The notes: generated from the sequence alone by a model not told the origin. A stretch of DNA of 51,231 nt, filler included, from Perkinsus olseni (GCA_013115125.1; 2 parts of 2 records of this genome joined end to end with filler, not necessarily neighbours in it); one strand, 5' to 3'. Positions 10,993 through 22,545 are shown, numbered from the whole stretch's first letter. Program-made: numbers and translations.

Positions 10993-13900
10993 ATGTTCAA
11001 AGAGCGAGAGAATCGGTCGCAGATGATAACACTGCAGTTCGGCCGGGCTTCGAATCATGTGGGTGCCCAGTATTGGAATATCCTAGAGAAATCTGATGAT
11101 AAAAAGGCTGTGGAACCGCAGTACAGGTCGATCGATCGGCCTCGAGTCTTTATATGCGACTTTAACAGGGCACTTGGTAGTAGCTGGGAAGGGGATGGCT
11201 GGTCATGACGATGCGTTCCATAAAAATTGGAAGTACATTGTCAACTTCCGTTGTCCGTCTTCTATACCGCAGGGGACGATAGAGTTAGTCCTACCATAAA
11301 ACCACCAAATAGGGAAGTAGTCCTCTGTAGAACGCCTTGAGTGTGGAGTTCGGAGATGAATCTTGGTCTCAAACTCAATATGTTCTTCGAATCATGCCTG
11401 ATAATTTTGGCGAGAGTTTTAGAAGGGAAAGGGCGCCTTGCTTAGCACCCATTTCACTGGCAGTTTGTGATCTCCTTCTGGGGTATGGTTGAACACCGCT
11501 CAAATTCTGCCGCACCGATCGGCGGTCTTGCCGCTCAGTTTTACCTGAGTATATGATCCACCTCGGAGTTGCAATCGGCGACTGTCTATTACTCGGGCGA
11601 GCATTAGATATAATTCTTCACGAGGCTGCGGAAATTCTCGCCGCTTTTTTCCGTAGAAATTCGGTAATTTTTTCGATCTGAGAGCGGATGGTGAACCGGC
11701 TTCGTCTGGTCCGTCTGAGTTATTTTAAAAATTATTATACCATTCTCGGAGCACGGCACTAAGTTTTTATATCGATCATCATGTAGGACCCGCTATGTCG
11801 CGTCAAGGGAACTCCGAGTTGGGATCCGATGAGATGAGTCGAGTTTATAATGAGCAAGCATCGAGGGTGCAGGTGTATCGGAGGGATGATGTTGATGGCG
11901 GAGGGGACATGTATTGGACCAACTACATGAGTACACCTCTAGAGAATTGCTGTAATAGGAAGGGGATCTTGGTGGACTGTGCGTTGGGAATTTCGCTCGC
12001 AAAGCTTATGAGTGGTAGCCTGTAGATCACAACTATCGATCGTGCGTTTCCCCATGTTTCTGGTTCCGTACGCTCCACCTTCGGTTCGGCGAGGTTATTA
12101 TGGACTGTGAAAGGAGATAGTGCGACACTATGGGACCTCGTCGTTGTGAAAATGAGAGTTATTTTTTCGAAGTGACTCGCATTCGCTGTCCGCAATTAGT
12201 GGCGTATTATTGAATAGTAATTAATAGTGATCAGTAGGCAGGTAGTGATGCTACCTAAACGTCCACCAGAAGAATGAATTATATTTTCATTAGTAATGAG
12301 TTTCACATGATATTACTCTCCTCGCCATGATTATATTGTTGTAAACTCCGTGAAGATCGCTGCGTGCTTTATCATTGTGGATAGGGTCACTTCGCCATGA
12401 AAGGCAGCTTCTTTCGGGGTCGCTTTTATATTCCGCAATTTACTTGTGAAGGTTTGAAACGAAAGGTGGCGTCTGAGTGACACTAGTCTTGTGAACAACG
12501 CGGGGCGGCGGCGACGTATGGTCGAAATCCGCAAAGATATGCTTTTAGCGTACTGTGGTTCATCTTGAGGTTGAAAGATACTCATTTTACTCCCGGCGAT
12601 TATGGTACTAAAGAGGATGCTTATTATTATTCGCCACATACTGATTGGTCGGAGACGTCCTTGCGGAGGCTACTGGAAGGATGCGATCGTTTGGGTACTG
12701 TGCAGGTAGGTTCACTGCCAACCCAGATCTGGGAATTTCGTGGCGCGCGGGAATGAAGAGCGTCCCTCCGCGAAGCAACCTTGAAGCATCGTCTCGGTTG
12801 ATATGAAATGGACAAGTAAAGTTGATATTATATGAACTCTGTAGTGTTAGCGAACCTTTTCGTTCGGTCGTAGTAAACGAGGGCGTTAATGTTTTGGGAG
12901 TCGGTTGACGATATCGCGTGTCTTGGTAGCAGGAGCTGCAGATGCCTTCTGATCGTCATGGCAAATTTGAAATAACGGGAGGATGAACTCTGTTATTAGT
13001 AATGGGTTGCTTCAGATGCTCTATGATGTTTCTGCTTCCTTTACGGGTCTCTGCACGACGGCATTTGAATGGTTGGCTGAGGAGGCACCGAAGAAAGATG
13101 TCATTTTACTACCAATAGAGACTTTCGGGAAGGGCACAGAGGCTTCACATTGGTGTAATAACATTTCATACCACACTTCCCCCGGATCATGTCTGAGTAG
13201 GCCTCAATTTCGCCTACTCTATTAGCCGATGCCTGCCCACTGAGAGCAGCCCTCTCCATGTCCTTGGATGCCTCCCTTCGTCACAGCCCTTCGGGTCCAT
13301 CCTCGACGATGAGAGGCTCTACCGGTAGGCTTCGCGCTTCCACTGGCTAAGGAGCTTCTCTCTGTTGAATTTCTCGCTAGCGGAGCATTCTCTCTCTATC
13401 TTGCCTGAGGGGTGATGGTTGGGCTCGCTCGTCGTTACGCGGGGCCGAACGTGCCGGCTACAGTAGCCCGACGGTTTGATTTCCGAAGCGCTCCGCGATC
13501 TACTCGTCGATTTTTTTGAGAGGACTTGTCCGCTGACGATAGTGTGTGAACGCCGAGAAACGGCTCAGTCGGACTAGCTCCGATGCATCTTCTTTGAAGA
13601 GGGTTGAGTTTGGGTACGTCTATTGAGCACAGAGAGTAGAGCTCAGATGGACAGGTAGTCTGTAAAATGACTTCGCTGAGAGTGTCGTTGTTATCGATGA
13701 TGTTTTCCTTATCACGGCTGAGGGAAGCTGCTCATTGTCAGGCGATCCGCACCTGTTGCCCTCTCCCTCGCTGCACTAGCGTATTCCCAGTACACGAAGA
13801 ATGAAGAGTCGAGCTACAAGACGGCACTGCGGGGCCGAGGTGGTCTGGCGGATTGGGGTTTACTGGGTGGTGGTGATGGGCAGTGGAGATACACGGCTGA

Positions 13901-14634
13901 TGCGGTAGGAAGGGCTCACTGGGCGGGGTCGGGAATGAGTGATAATGGACGACTTCGGAGAGGATAGTCAATAGTATTGAGTGTCTTTATCGAGTAGTTG
14001 AGCGTAGGAATGCACAGAGAAGGGGGATTAGTCGTGGAAAATTCGCACTAGTATGGGGCTTCGCATGAATGAAGGCACATGCTTTAATTAAGAGAATGCT
14101 TGATCCTGAGTGAACTCCATAATTAATATAAAACACTTGGTGAACCTATTATGTTTACCAACTCAGACTGGTTTGTGTAAACGACGGTAGATAGATTAGT
14201 TTTTCTGCCGGTGTCGCACGAGATGAACTGCGTCTGTATCAGGTGACGCTGCCCGACCATTTCCCTCGACAGTATCTTGGCCTCGATGATGATGCCCATG
14301 TGATGTCCGTGGAGACCTCCCTTCAGTTGATGGGTCCTGCCTGTCTCCGTCAAGGTGGTTGGGGAGAAGCTGTTCAAGGGTGGTGCAATGTTATTCGCTC
14401 GATCGCCTTTCCCCAGTTACTCGTTGCTTGTCGGAGTTACGGAAATTGAAGACCACGGGCGGCCTCGACCAATGCATAGGTGAGGTTAATGATGTCGTGC
14501 TTTTATGGCAGTTTGGTGGCTCAGTGAACTCGAACGGTGCTCTGGAGGCCGACAATGTGGATGAGTTCGCGTCGACGTTGCGGGGGATGATGGATGTGGA
14601 CGCTCCGGTGACGGAGGAGGACTCCGACGATTAA
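10993..14634 (+). CDS. MSTO1: Misato/DML1 tubulin-related protein (multi-exon)
   Basis: Exons encode MITLQFGRASNHVGAQYWN (Misato segment II), RPRVFICDFNRALGS, YWTNYM (~11890), SLRRLLEGCDRLGTVQ (~12658-12705), MLYDVSASFTGL (~13016) and VTLPDHFPRQYL (14243). Last exon ends at TAA 14634. Confidence 0.8.
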
Positions 14635-14773
14635 CGTGTTAAGAAGATGTGTTTCTAAGCGTTGCGGAATTGTGTTCAGTCGAGGCTGGAAAGACTGTCG
14701 TCGTCGTCGTCGAATGTAGCAGACGACGGCAATAGACGACGGTGTCACGGCATAGGCGGTCTGTTGTTGTGCA

Positions 14774-16497
14774 ATGGCTAGCACGCCCCCACCAGAAGGG
14801 GAGGCAGCTCATGAGCATCATCATCATGTCCATCACCATCATCACGAGGTGTTGCACTTCCCGATGCCTGTGGATGAGTTGAGGGCGAAGAGAGCGGCGG
14901 CGAATCAACGCGCAACTGCAGTGATTGTGAAGTCGCAGTCTAGTGTGAGTGGGGGAATGCTGCAGAGCTGGAGGATCAGCTGTTGGCGAGGAGGCTGATG
15001 TGAGTGTGGTCGGTCTTTGGTAGTTGTTCGTACCTCAGTCTAAGAAGAAGTCGGCCGATGCGCAAGGTGGAGCCCTCCTGGAGCCCATTCATGAAACTTA
15101 CGTGAGTAATGTAGCGGCTGCGGCTGAGCATGTCTGTTGTAGGTTTTGGATCACGTGGCGGATCTACTGCGGAAACAGCATCTTAATATGACAGCTCCGT
15201 CATTCCGGACTCGGATTGAACCGGAAGTCGTCTTCTCAGCGAATTTGTTCTTTCGAAGATTTTTCACTCGGTAATACGACATCGGCAGGATTCGAACCTG
15301 CGCGGGCTGAGCCCATTGGATTTCAAGTCCAACTCCTTAACCACTCGGACACGATGTCTCTGTCTAGAACGATTCACTAGGGTAGGTAAACCTGTAGTTC
15401 CAGTTGTTCTCAGCCATTCAGTGTTGGAGTTTGACCCTTTGGTCGTGATATTCTGCTGCGTATCTCTCGCCTGCAAGACTGAGGAGTTTCACGACACCGA
15501 CGTACGCGGGCTGATGCTCATGCCCGAAGGGGCCGATTCCAGTGGAAGTAAATACGTGGTCGACCCGAAGATTCTCGCTGAGGTGATGACGTCGTGAGAC
15601 CTCATGAGCTCCTGAATCTAATCATCAGGTTGAGCTGGACCTTCTCAGCGGCTTGAATTACGATTTAGTTGTCGACCAGCCTTGGCCTCCTCTCTTGCTC
15701 CTCTGCCGTCGACTCGTGTCTGGCAACCATCTGGATCGGCCAACGGCGGAGCGCATTTTTCGGCATGCCTCGGACCTGCTCACTTCAAAATGGCCGTAAG
15801 GACATGGCTCTTCTCGGATGGATGTTTCGGGGGTCACGGTGTCGTCTCACATCTGAAGCTTCTCCCAGTTCTCCCTATTCGCGGTTCGTTTTCCTGCAGG
15901 TATTGCGATGCCGTTGCGGCGTTCCCGCCTGGAACCCTGGCCGCCTGCGCCGTTGGGAGCGTTTGGCCAACGATTGTGTCTGAGTCGACCACACGGGATG
16001 GTCTCGAGGTTGTGTCCAAGATTATTGCGGACATGGGAGCAGAGGAAGGCTCTAGCGCGGATGAGTTGGAAAAGACCTTGAACGAAGTTGGTTGCCAGGC
16101 CTACATCGAACGTTCCATTTTAACTCTCAGATCACCATCCTGTTCACCGACTTCGAGCGGAATCGATCGGATCCGATGATGTTCGACCCGACTTTGATGA
16201 TGCAATTGGTTAAATATCGACAGAAGTTTGAGCGCACTCGCCTCCGCACGCTGGCCGGCGACGAGTCCCGAGTAAGAATCGCCACGACTGGGTTCGCCCC
16301 CACGTTGCGGTGGTCAGGCAAGTTCAAGGAAAGGGTCGAAGAGGAAGAGTAGCAAGAGCAAAGAGGGAGGGAGCAAGAAGCCGAAGAAATCGAAGAAAGA
16401 AGCAGCGCCCCCTCCAGCGCCCTCTGTTCTGTCCTCGCCCGATGCTTCCTCTGTTTGCCCCAGTATTAGCGGTGAAGAGGACGAACCTGCGAGTTGA
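14774..16497 (+). CDS. CCNH: Cyclin H-like protein (multi-exon)
   Basis: Spliced cyclin box EVVFSANLFFRRFFTR|HSVLEFDPLVVIFCCVSLACKTEEF and VELDLLSGLNYDLVVDQPW, matching the cyclin H/C/T-type pattern (FKRFY..SVMEY.P....C.FLACKV.E; EL.L...L.F.L.V..P). Lys/Ser-rich last exon ends at TGA 16497. Confidence 0.75.
15277..15358 (-). tRNA. tRNA-Ser (anticodon TGA)
   Basis: Minus strand GACATCG-TGTCCGAGTGGTTAAGGAG-TTGGA CT TGA AA TCCAA-TGGGCTCAGCCCGC-GCAGGTTCGAATCCTGC-CGATGTC-G: complete 82-nt cloverleaf with long variable arm and A/B boxes. Confidence 0.97.
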
Positions 16498-16580
16498 GAA
16501 TCGTTTTACTCGTGGAGAATGTTGTGTTATGTGCAGGGGTCGAACCTGCGACCTTTCGATAGCTCCCAGCCTTCTCCCCG

Positions 16581-17144
16581 ATGTTCTCACTGGGCCGTAT
16601 ACTTCTCAATACTCGTGACTTGGCCGCCCCTAAGAAAAAGACAACCTGGTGGGTCGTCTCCGCAGCGGAGCGATGCTGTTATGTTTTTCTTCCCCAGGCG
16701 AACAGTCCATCGGCGTCGAGTGTTGACCTTCCGCTACGACCACAGGTGGCGCTATAGAATTAGACATCAACACTACGAGAGACGGTAAGGGGAAGATGCC
16801 TTTCTCAGTGGCCGAGCATGTCACTAATTCTCGGTCTCGCTTACTTTTTCCAACTACGTACCAGTGCCTTGATGAACGTACCAGCTCCGTTACACCGTGG
16901 CCGCATGCCCCGGCCCTCACCGCTACCGAAGGCTGGAGGCCCACCTCGTGTTTCTCGTTGTTGTCTCTCAGACAGCTGGTGGCATCCGATTTCTTCCCCG
17001 CCGAGGCTAAGCCTAGATTCCGATACGCAGGCTTCTGGTGAGCGTCCTTGCCTCGCATCAACCTCGGATACTCCTATCCTCAGGCCGGGCATCTTCAATC
17101 ATGCCGGCACGCCGGAGGTGGAGAGAATGCAAAAAGTCGAGTGA
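16581..17144 (+). CDS. Small basic protein, putative mitochondrial ribosomal protein bL32m-like (~93 aa, 4 exons)
   Basis: Exons 16581-16648, 16698-16784, 16972-17037 and 17084-17144, joined at GT-AG introns, give MFSLGRILLNTRDLAAPKKKTTWRTVHRRRVLTFRYDHRWRYRIRHQHYERRQLVASDFFPAEAKPRFRYAGFWPGIFNHAGTPEVERMQKVE*. It has a presequence-like N-terminus and a motif resembling AVPKKK..RRR. Confidence 0.6.
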
Positions 17145-17341
17145 TGGTGTTTCTGTATGATCAATGGCCGCGTATTTCATGTTTTCCCATTTTTCGCGTT
17201 CGCGAGTGTGCGTGCGAGTCCAAGGCCGACAGTACGGCTCAGTTAGACTAGCACCACCGACGTACCTTTCTGTAGGGGATCAGTTCAGCCTGTTGAATGT
17301 GCGTTAGCGAGTATCGGGATTAGTCTTAAAGGTCCGTATTT

Positions 17342-18607
17342 ATGTCAAACTCCTATTATACCGAACTCATCACTACCATCGGAAGCGAGGACCTTCACGT
17401 TAAGGCTGAGCACAGCGATGATCGCGGCATGGGCTTGTATGCCACTGAGCCCCTAGAGGCCGGTGAAACACTCTGGGCTGAGCGTCCTCTCCTCGGTGCA
17501 TTGGTACGGGCCTTCGATCGCCCTCTGTGCGTCTGTGAGACTTGCGGTCGGTTTCTAGGGTCGCTGCAGCTGCAGTTGAAGTACGGGCTTGGCATGGTGA
17601 GTGGCAGTGAGATGGCGAAGATCTTCAACGACGGCGACGACGATACGGTCCACGAGCTTCTCTTTACTCCGAAGCTACCGAAAGTCCCCGGGGAAGCAGC
17701 TAGGCTGACTGATGAGACGCCGTGTCTTTGGCAGGGGGATGGAGAGTTTCTGTTTTTCTGTTCCCAACATTGTCGTGGTGGGTTTGAGAACGTACATCGT
17801 CCGTTGTGGCAGAGCGAGGCCGGGCGCAGGGTCCGGCAGGTGGCCAGGGAGGGCGATATGGAGTATCTTTTGTTGGCGGCAAAGGTCGTCCTAGGATTCT
17901 CCGGTGCTGATGATGGGTTGAGGGAAGGTGTGAGGAGATTGTGTGGTGGTGACCAGAGCTACTGGGAGTGTGTCGATATACCTGAAGACGAGAAAGAAGC
18001 TGCGACCTTCATCGAGGACTGCAAAGATACGCTCGAGAAGGGCTCGAAGGCGATGGCAGGGTTAGTGGACAAGGCGGACGACGAGACGAAGAAGTTGGGC
18101 ACTTTCAAAGGACTGAACGGCCTGGTGGGCAAGCTCTGTCGCAACGCCATCATGGTCACCTACCCGAACCCTCTGACGGAGTATCTTTTGGCCATCTCCC
18201 AGACGGACGCCGACCTCACCACTTTACGAGCTCTCGTGCAGAAGGCCAAGCCCGTGGTTGCGGACGATGAAGACGACGGCGACGATTTTGTCCAAGTGGA
18301 TTTGGGCGAGGGTGTTGTCGCTGACAGTCGGACGTTGTGCCCGCACTACCGAGGCTGGGCAGTCTTCCCCCTTCTAGCCTGTGTGAACCACTCTTGCCGG
18401 CCCAACCTAGAGACAGAGTTCTCCGGTGATGGCGCGACGTTGGTGGCGAACGTCTCGGAGTCCGCTGCGATCGCTGCTGGTGCGGAGCTGACGATCAGCT
18501 ATTGTGACGTCGAGGAGGGGTCCACCGAGGAGAGGCAGAAGCAACTCGCTGCTTATGGCTTTGAGTGTCAGTGTGAGCGATGCTGCAAGAAGGCCAGAAA
18601 GGCTTGA
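17342..18607 (+). CDS. SET and MYND domain lysine methyltransferase (SMYD5/ATXR2-like), single exon
   Basis: RGMGLYATEPLEAGETLWAERP (SET-N), split zinc finger CVCETCGRFLGS...FFCSQHC, VNHSCRPN, ELTISYCD, post-SET YGFECQCERC. Confidence 0.92.
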   Translation: MSNSYYTELITTIGSEDLHVKAEHSDDRGMGLYATEPLEAGETLWAERPLLGALVRAFDRPLCVCETCGRFLGSLQLQLKYGLGMVSGSEMAKIFNDGDDDTVHELLFTPKLPKVPGEAARLTDETPCLWQGDGEFLFFCSQHCRGGFENVHRPLWQSEAGRRVRQVAREGDMEYLLLAAKVVLGFSGADDGLREGVRRLCGGDQSYWECVDIPEDEKEAATFIEDCKDTLEKGSKAMAGLVDKADDETKKLGTFKGLNGLVGKLCRNAIMVTYPNPLTEYLLAISQTDADLTTLRALVQKAKPVVADDEDDGDDFVQVDLGEGVVADSRTLCPHYRGWAVFPLLACVNHSCRPNLETEFSGDGATLVANVSESAAIAAGAELTISYCDVEEGSTEERQKQLAAYGFECQCERCCKKARKA

Positions 18608-19104
18608 ACACTCTCGAACGTACTGACTGGAACTTGAAGGTGTTTAGTTGTCAGTGGGGGGCCGTCGCGGCTGAGCGGGGACTCTCCCTTGGCTTGAAAT
18701 GGAAGCGTTGATGAGATATTCAGTCAATGTTGACGCGGACCACTGCTGCTGTTGAGACCTCGACTGATTCTGGACGCCACACAGCTCGAACTGTGCTGGC
18801 AAGTGAACGCTATCAACAATCCAAGTGCTTGACAGTGGCAAGAGTCCACAGGGACACACAGTGTCCCTTAGGAGGCTTGGGAGCTCGCCCTACTGCGGAA
18901 CTCAATGCCACGGTGATTTAAAAAGTGAGAGTCCGTCGGGTATCAGCCTTATTCAATAAATCAGCTACAACACGATCGGCTGTTAATATTGGTGATGGTA
19001 TGTTTGCGGTGTTCTACTTGATCCCTAAGCCTAGAATGAGGGATTTAGGAGAATCCACGCTGATGCGCGCGCGTTCAGTCTTCCGACCTTGTGACAAGTT
19101 ACGG

Positions 19105-19299
19105 CTAGAGGTCAACGCAGTGACATTCACCGTACCATTGAAGCTGGCAATATTGACCCGAGGGGCATGGGCCGCTGCAGTAGCTCGTAGGACAACTATA
19201 TGGACCAGCTAGAGCACGCAGGTGGCCATCGCACTGCACGGTGCGAGATAGCATGGCGAAGCAGATGATAGCCATTAGGGAGAGGTGGGTCTGAACCAT
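19105..19299 (-). CDS. Secreted six-cysteine peptide precursor (64 aa), copy D, intact
   Basis: MVQTHLSLMAIICFAMLSRTVQCDGHLRALAGPYSCPTSYCSGPCPSGQYCQLQWYGECHCVDL*; same Cys spacing as copy B. Confidence 0.88.
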   Translation of the reverse strand: MVQTHLSLMAIICFAMLSRTVQCDGHLRALAGPYSCPTSYCSGPCPSGQYCQLQWYGECHCVDL

Positions 19300-20461
19300 A
19301 TTAATGATAATCTGTAAGGGACAGCCATCGGCTGTACACAGTCCCTCTGAGGGACTCCCTCACAAGACTACCGAATGCAACATGAGGAGCAAGGCATGGG
19401 TGGAGTGGCCGTCGGTCGTACGTGAGTGCATAGCTGTCATCTCGATCACGCAGCGCAGGGGCTTGTCGAATGAGGCGATATGGTGCGCACGGAGCATCAT
19501 AGCCCTAGAGGTCTATGTAGCAGTAGAGCATGCCTTCTTCGCTGCATGATGCACCCACAAAGCGTCGTGACGCGGGGACACGAAGACTCGAGAGGTGTGC
19601 CGCTGTTACTCATATGCGCTGATCCTCTTGTGCAGACGTGCACAGCTAATACTTAATACCCCCGAGAAGAACTTATAATGAACCTTTCGACGTATCTTGA
19701 CTTCCCGTTCTCCATGAGAAACAACACCAACAAGCCCTTTTCGGGCGACGTCCATACTGTGTGCGCCGGTGTGAGTTCGCTCGATCACCATCTGGTGTGT
19801 GTAAGTTTGACCCAAACGCCGTTTTAACTAGGAAACTAGGGAAACACAATATCTTGTGTAAGGAACCGAGAAGCTCTTTCTTCACACCATTGTTGCAGTT
19901 GCTTTGGCTCGCCATTGGAAATACTTGCACAAGCAGACGTTGAGGATAGTCTGCGACGAGATCACCATTTGACTCGGGAGCGAATACTCGCACAGAGCAA
20001 GCGCAATTCCACCACGAAAAGAAGGCCACAGAAGGGATCATGCTACTCTCGAGCGTGCTCGCTGCTAACTTGAACCATGTACGGGTCTGAGAGGCTCAGT
20101 AGCCGGTCGCGTAGTGGCCGGTCGCGTTGCTCTTGTATAAGCTAATGCTAGCAGTTGCCTTAGGCTACGTATTGTCGAATCGTCGTCCCGATTTCGTACA
20201 GTAGGTCTTTCCCCTCCGAGCTCGCCTGTGCCGCCCTACGCTCTCAGGGCCAGCGGTGGCGGCGGGCCCGTGACCGGTGACCGGTCTGCATCGCTCGAAA
20301 TACGGAATTCCAGTGCGATTCGAGACGTCTCGTCTTGATGGGAATTGCATGATGCGGTATCGCCTGGCTTGCAGCTCTTCGTTCTACTAGTCTATACGCG
20401 ATTCATCCTAAGGCTCCACAGAGCACATCCCCATTTTTCTGAAGAATTCTGTCCTCTGTGA

Positions 20462-21037
20462 ATGGCTGCCACCATCAGCATCGTTGCCCTGCCACTGCTC
20501 CTGGCTGTGCTGCCGTCAAGCGGCCAGCCATTGTTGCAACCAAGGAACGACGCCGACTCTCCCTCTCTCTCCGGTCGAGTTTTCGCTGTAAGGTCGCAGA
20601 ATCAAAGCGTGGCTGTAAGATTCACAAACTCGAGTGGCGTGGATGAGGTCCATATACTTTTCCAAGATCTTGACTTTGGGGTCATACAAGTCGTGTTGCC
20701 CTATTACGTCCGAGAGTACCCCTTCGTGAGCAACCTCAATGTTCACACTGTTCGTTTGCGTTGGAGATCTAAGAGTTGCGAAAAATTTGGTAAGAAGCTC
20801 GAAGCAGCGGGACTGCTCGACAACCCTGATGAGTGCATCAACAGCCTCGAGTACGGCACGGATCCAGACGATGCTGAGACATGCGTGATAGTTATATCAC
20901 AGTTGATTGACGAGCTTGATACTCTAGAAGAAGTAACGGGGCAAGACATCCCTCCCTTGACGAAAGATTTTGGCATGCTCGTCTTTCTGCGGTCTGCGCC
21001 TGCCGTCCTTCGGCAGCATCGTCCACAGAACCCGTAG
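20462..21037 (+). CDS. Hypothetical secreted protein (191 aa), single exon
   Basis: N-terminal signal peptide MAATISIVALPLLLAVLPSSG; open 191-codon frame with globular composition; no recognised domain. Confidence 0.7.
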   Translation: MAATISIVALPLLLAVLPSSGQPLLQPRNDADSPSLSGRVFAVRSQNQSVAVRFTNSSGVDEVHILFQDLDFGVIQVVLPYYVREYPFVSNLNVHTVRLRWRSKSCEKFGKKLEAAGLLDNPDECINSLEYGTDPDDAETCVIVISQLIDELDTLEEVTGQDIPPLTKDFGMLVFLRSAPAVLRQHRPQNP

Positions 21038-21942
21038 CTAATCGTCAACGTGGAGAGCTTTATCGCTCTCTTTTAACCCTGCTTCATGTCGTGCTCACTA
21101 TTTTGTATACTTAAACTAAGCTGTTGCTTTTTACGAGTGGATAATGGCTCGAAGCTACTACGAAGCTGAAACCGAAGTGAATATGCACACACAGATGAGC
21201 TCTGAAAGTTTCGCAGTAGAGGGATGAAGGCAGGCTTCTCCCTCCAGAGGCAAAAAATGAAAACAGCTGAGGTCAGCTGTGAAAGTCGAGAAAGTACGCA
21301 AACTTCGCGTGACAAGGAGAATCACGCCCACTCAGCGACACTCCTATAAGGTACTCCATGATTAACAGTGTCTGGCTTGCGAAGTGCATCACCATCATGA
21401 GTTCATGACAATGATCTACTCGAGAGACACACCACCGGCTGACGAACCGGTGGACGTGAGATAACATCTCTTGGAACGGCCCCACGCGAGTTCGGCGGCA
21501 ATAGGCCATCAATTATGTTTTTTGGGGGGGGGCGCTCCAGCTGTTGAAGCCACTGTTGTGGAAGTTAGCAGGGTCCATCGCATAGGGTACTGGACTTCTG
21601 ATGATATCTTTTCACTACGTGGACCTCAGCTAGCGAGACTGTTCAAAAGCAGACTAGGATTGCACTGTGATCGCGGTCGGCTTACGAACGCCAGATAACG
21701 CTCCCGGGTGGATTGAAAGATGTAGCTCATCAGGACTTTGAAGCACTCACTTCCGCGCGATCAACACAATTGCTCCGGACAACAGTGAAGCTCTATCGCA
21801 CGGAGCAGTTCACGAGAGAGAGCCAGTGAGAACATCGAGACGCGGACGACAACCATCCTAGGACTGAACGCCCGAACTTTTCCTTTTTTTCGCTTCTCGG
21901 GGCAATAGCTGTCGCATGGTAGTTGAGTGAAGGGAGCCCCAC

Positions 21943-22545
21943 ATGGTCGAAGTCGCCCTAAAGTTCCACTTCCGGAACCAGAAGACCCGACGCCTGCTGC
22001 CGGACTCTGTCGATACTCACGCTAAGCTTGTCGAGATTGTGGCCGATCAGTGGCCCGAGTTGGGCGGCGAAGCGAAGCTGGACTTCACCTATGTCGATGA
22101 TGCTGGTGACAGATGCCTCTTCCACAGAGATTCCTGGAAGGATGCTGTGGAGCTGGCTCGTCGGGCGGTGGTGGGGACCTTGAAGCTCCCCACCATCAAC
22201 ATCTACGTCAGCACGAGCCCACCCAGTCCTTCACAAGACACTCAGGGGGCGGCTGCGATTGACTTGTCCGCTGCTCCCAAGAGAACTCTAGAGTCCACAG
22301 GAAGCCAGACCACCGCCGCCAAGGTCGCCAAGACTGACAAGTCCAAGCGAGTGGCGGCTAAATCAGCAGCAGCCACCGGCAGGACCAAGAGCAATGCGAC
22401 CAGTAGAAGGTCCTCGCCAGCCGAAGCGGAAGTGGTCGTAGTGAAAACCGAGGCCTCCGGGTCGAAGACTCGTCGAAGCTCTCGGATTGCCGCCCAGCGT
22501 GGGGACTCGGCGGTGAAGAAGGAGACGATAGATATGCTCGACTAG
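21943..22545 (+). CDS. PB1-domain protein with low-complexity Ala/Lys/Ser tail
   Basis: VALKFHFRNQKTRR (basic Lys) and LDFTYVDDAGDRCLF...W.DAVE (OPCA motif) typical of PB1; 200-aa ORF. Confidence 0.8.
   Translation: MVEVALKFHFRNQKTRRLLPDSVDTHAKLVEIVADQWPELGGEAKLDFTYVDDAGDRCLFHRDSWKDAVELARRAVVGTLKLPTINIYVSTSPPSPSQDTQGAAAIDLSAAPKRTLESTGSQTTAAKVAKTDKSKRVAAKSAAATGRTKSNATSRRSSPAEAEVVVVKTEASGSKTRRSSRIAAQRGDSAVKKETIDMLD

Noticed and set aside
16522-16562. tRNA T-arm-like sequence on the minus strand (aaggtcgcaggttcgacccctgcac)
   Set aside because: No matching D arm, anticodon arm or acceptor 5' strand nearby; it lies in the short spacer/5'UTR before the bL32m-like gene.
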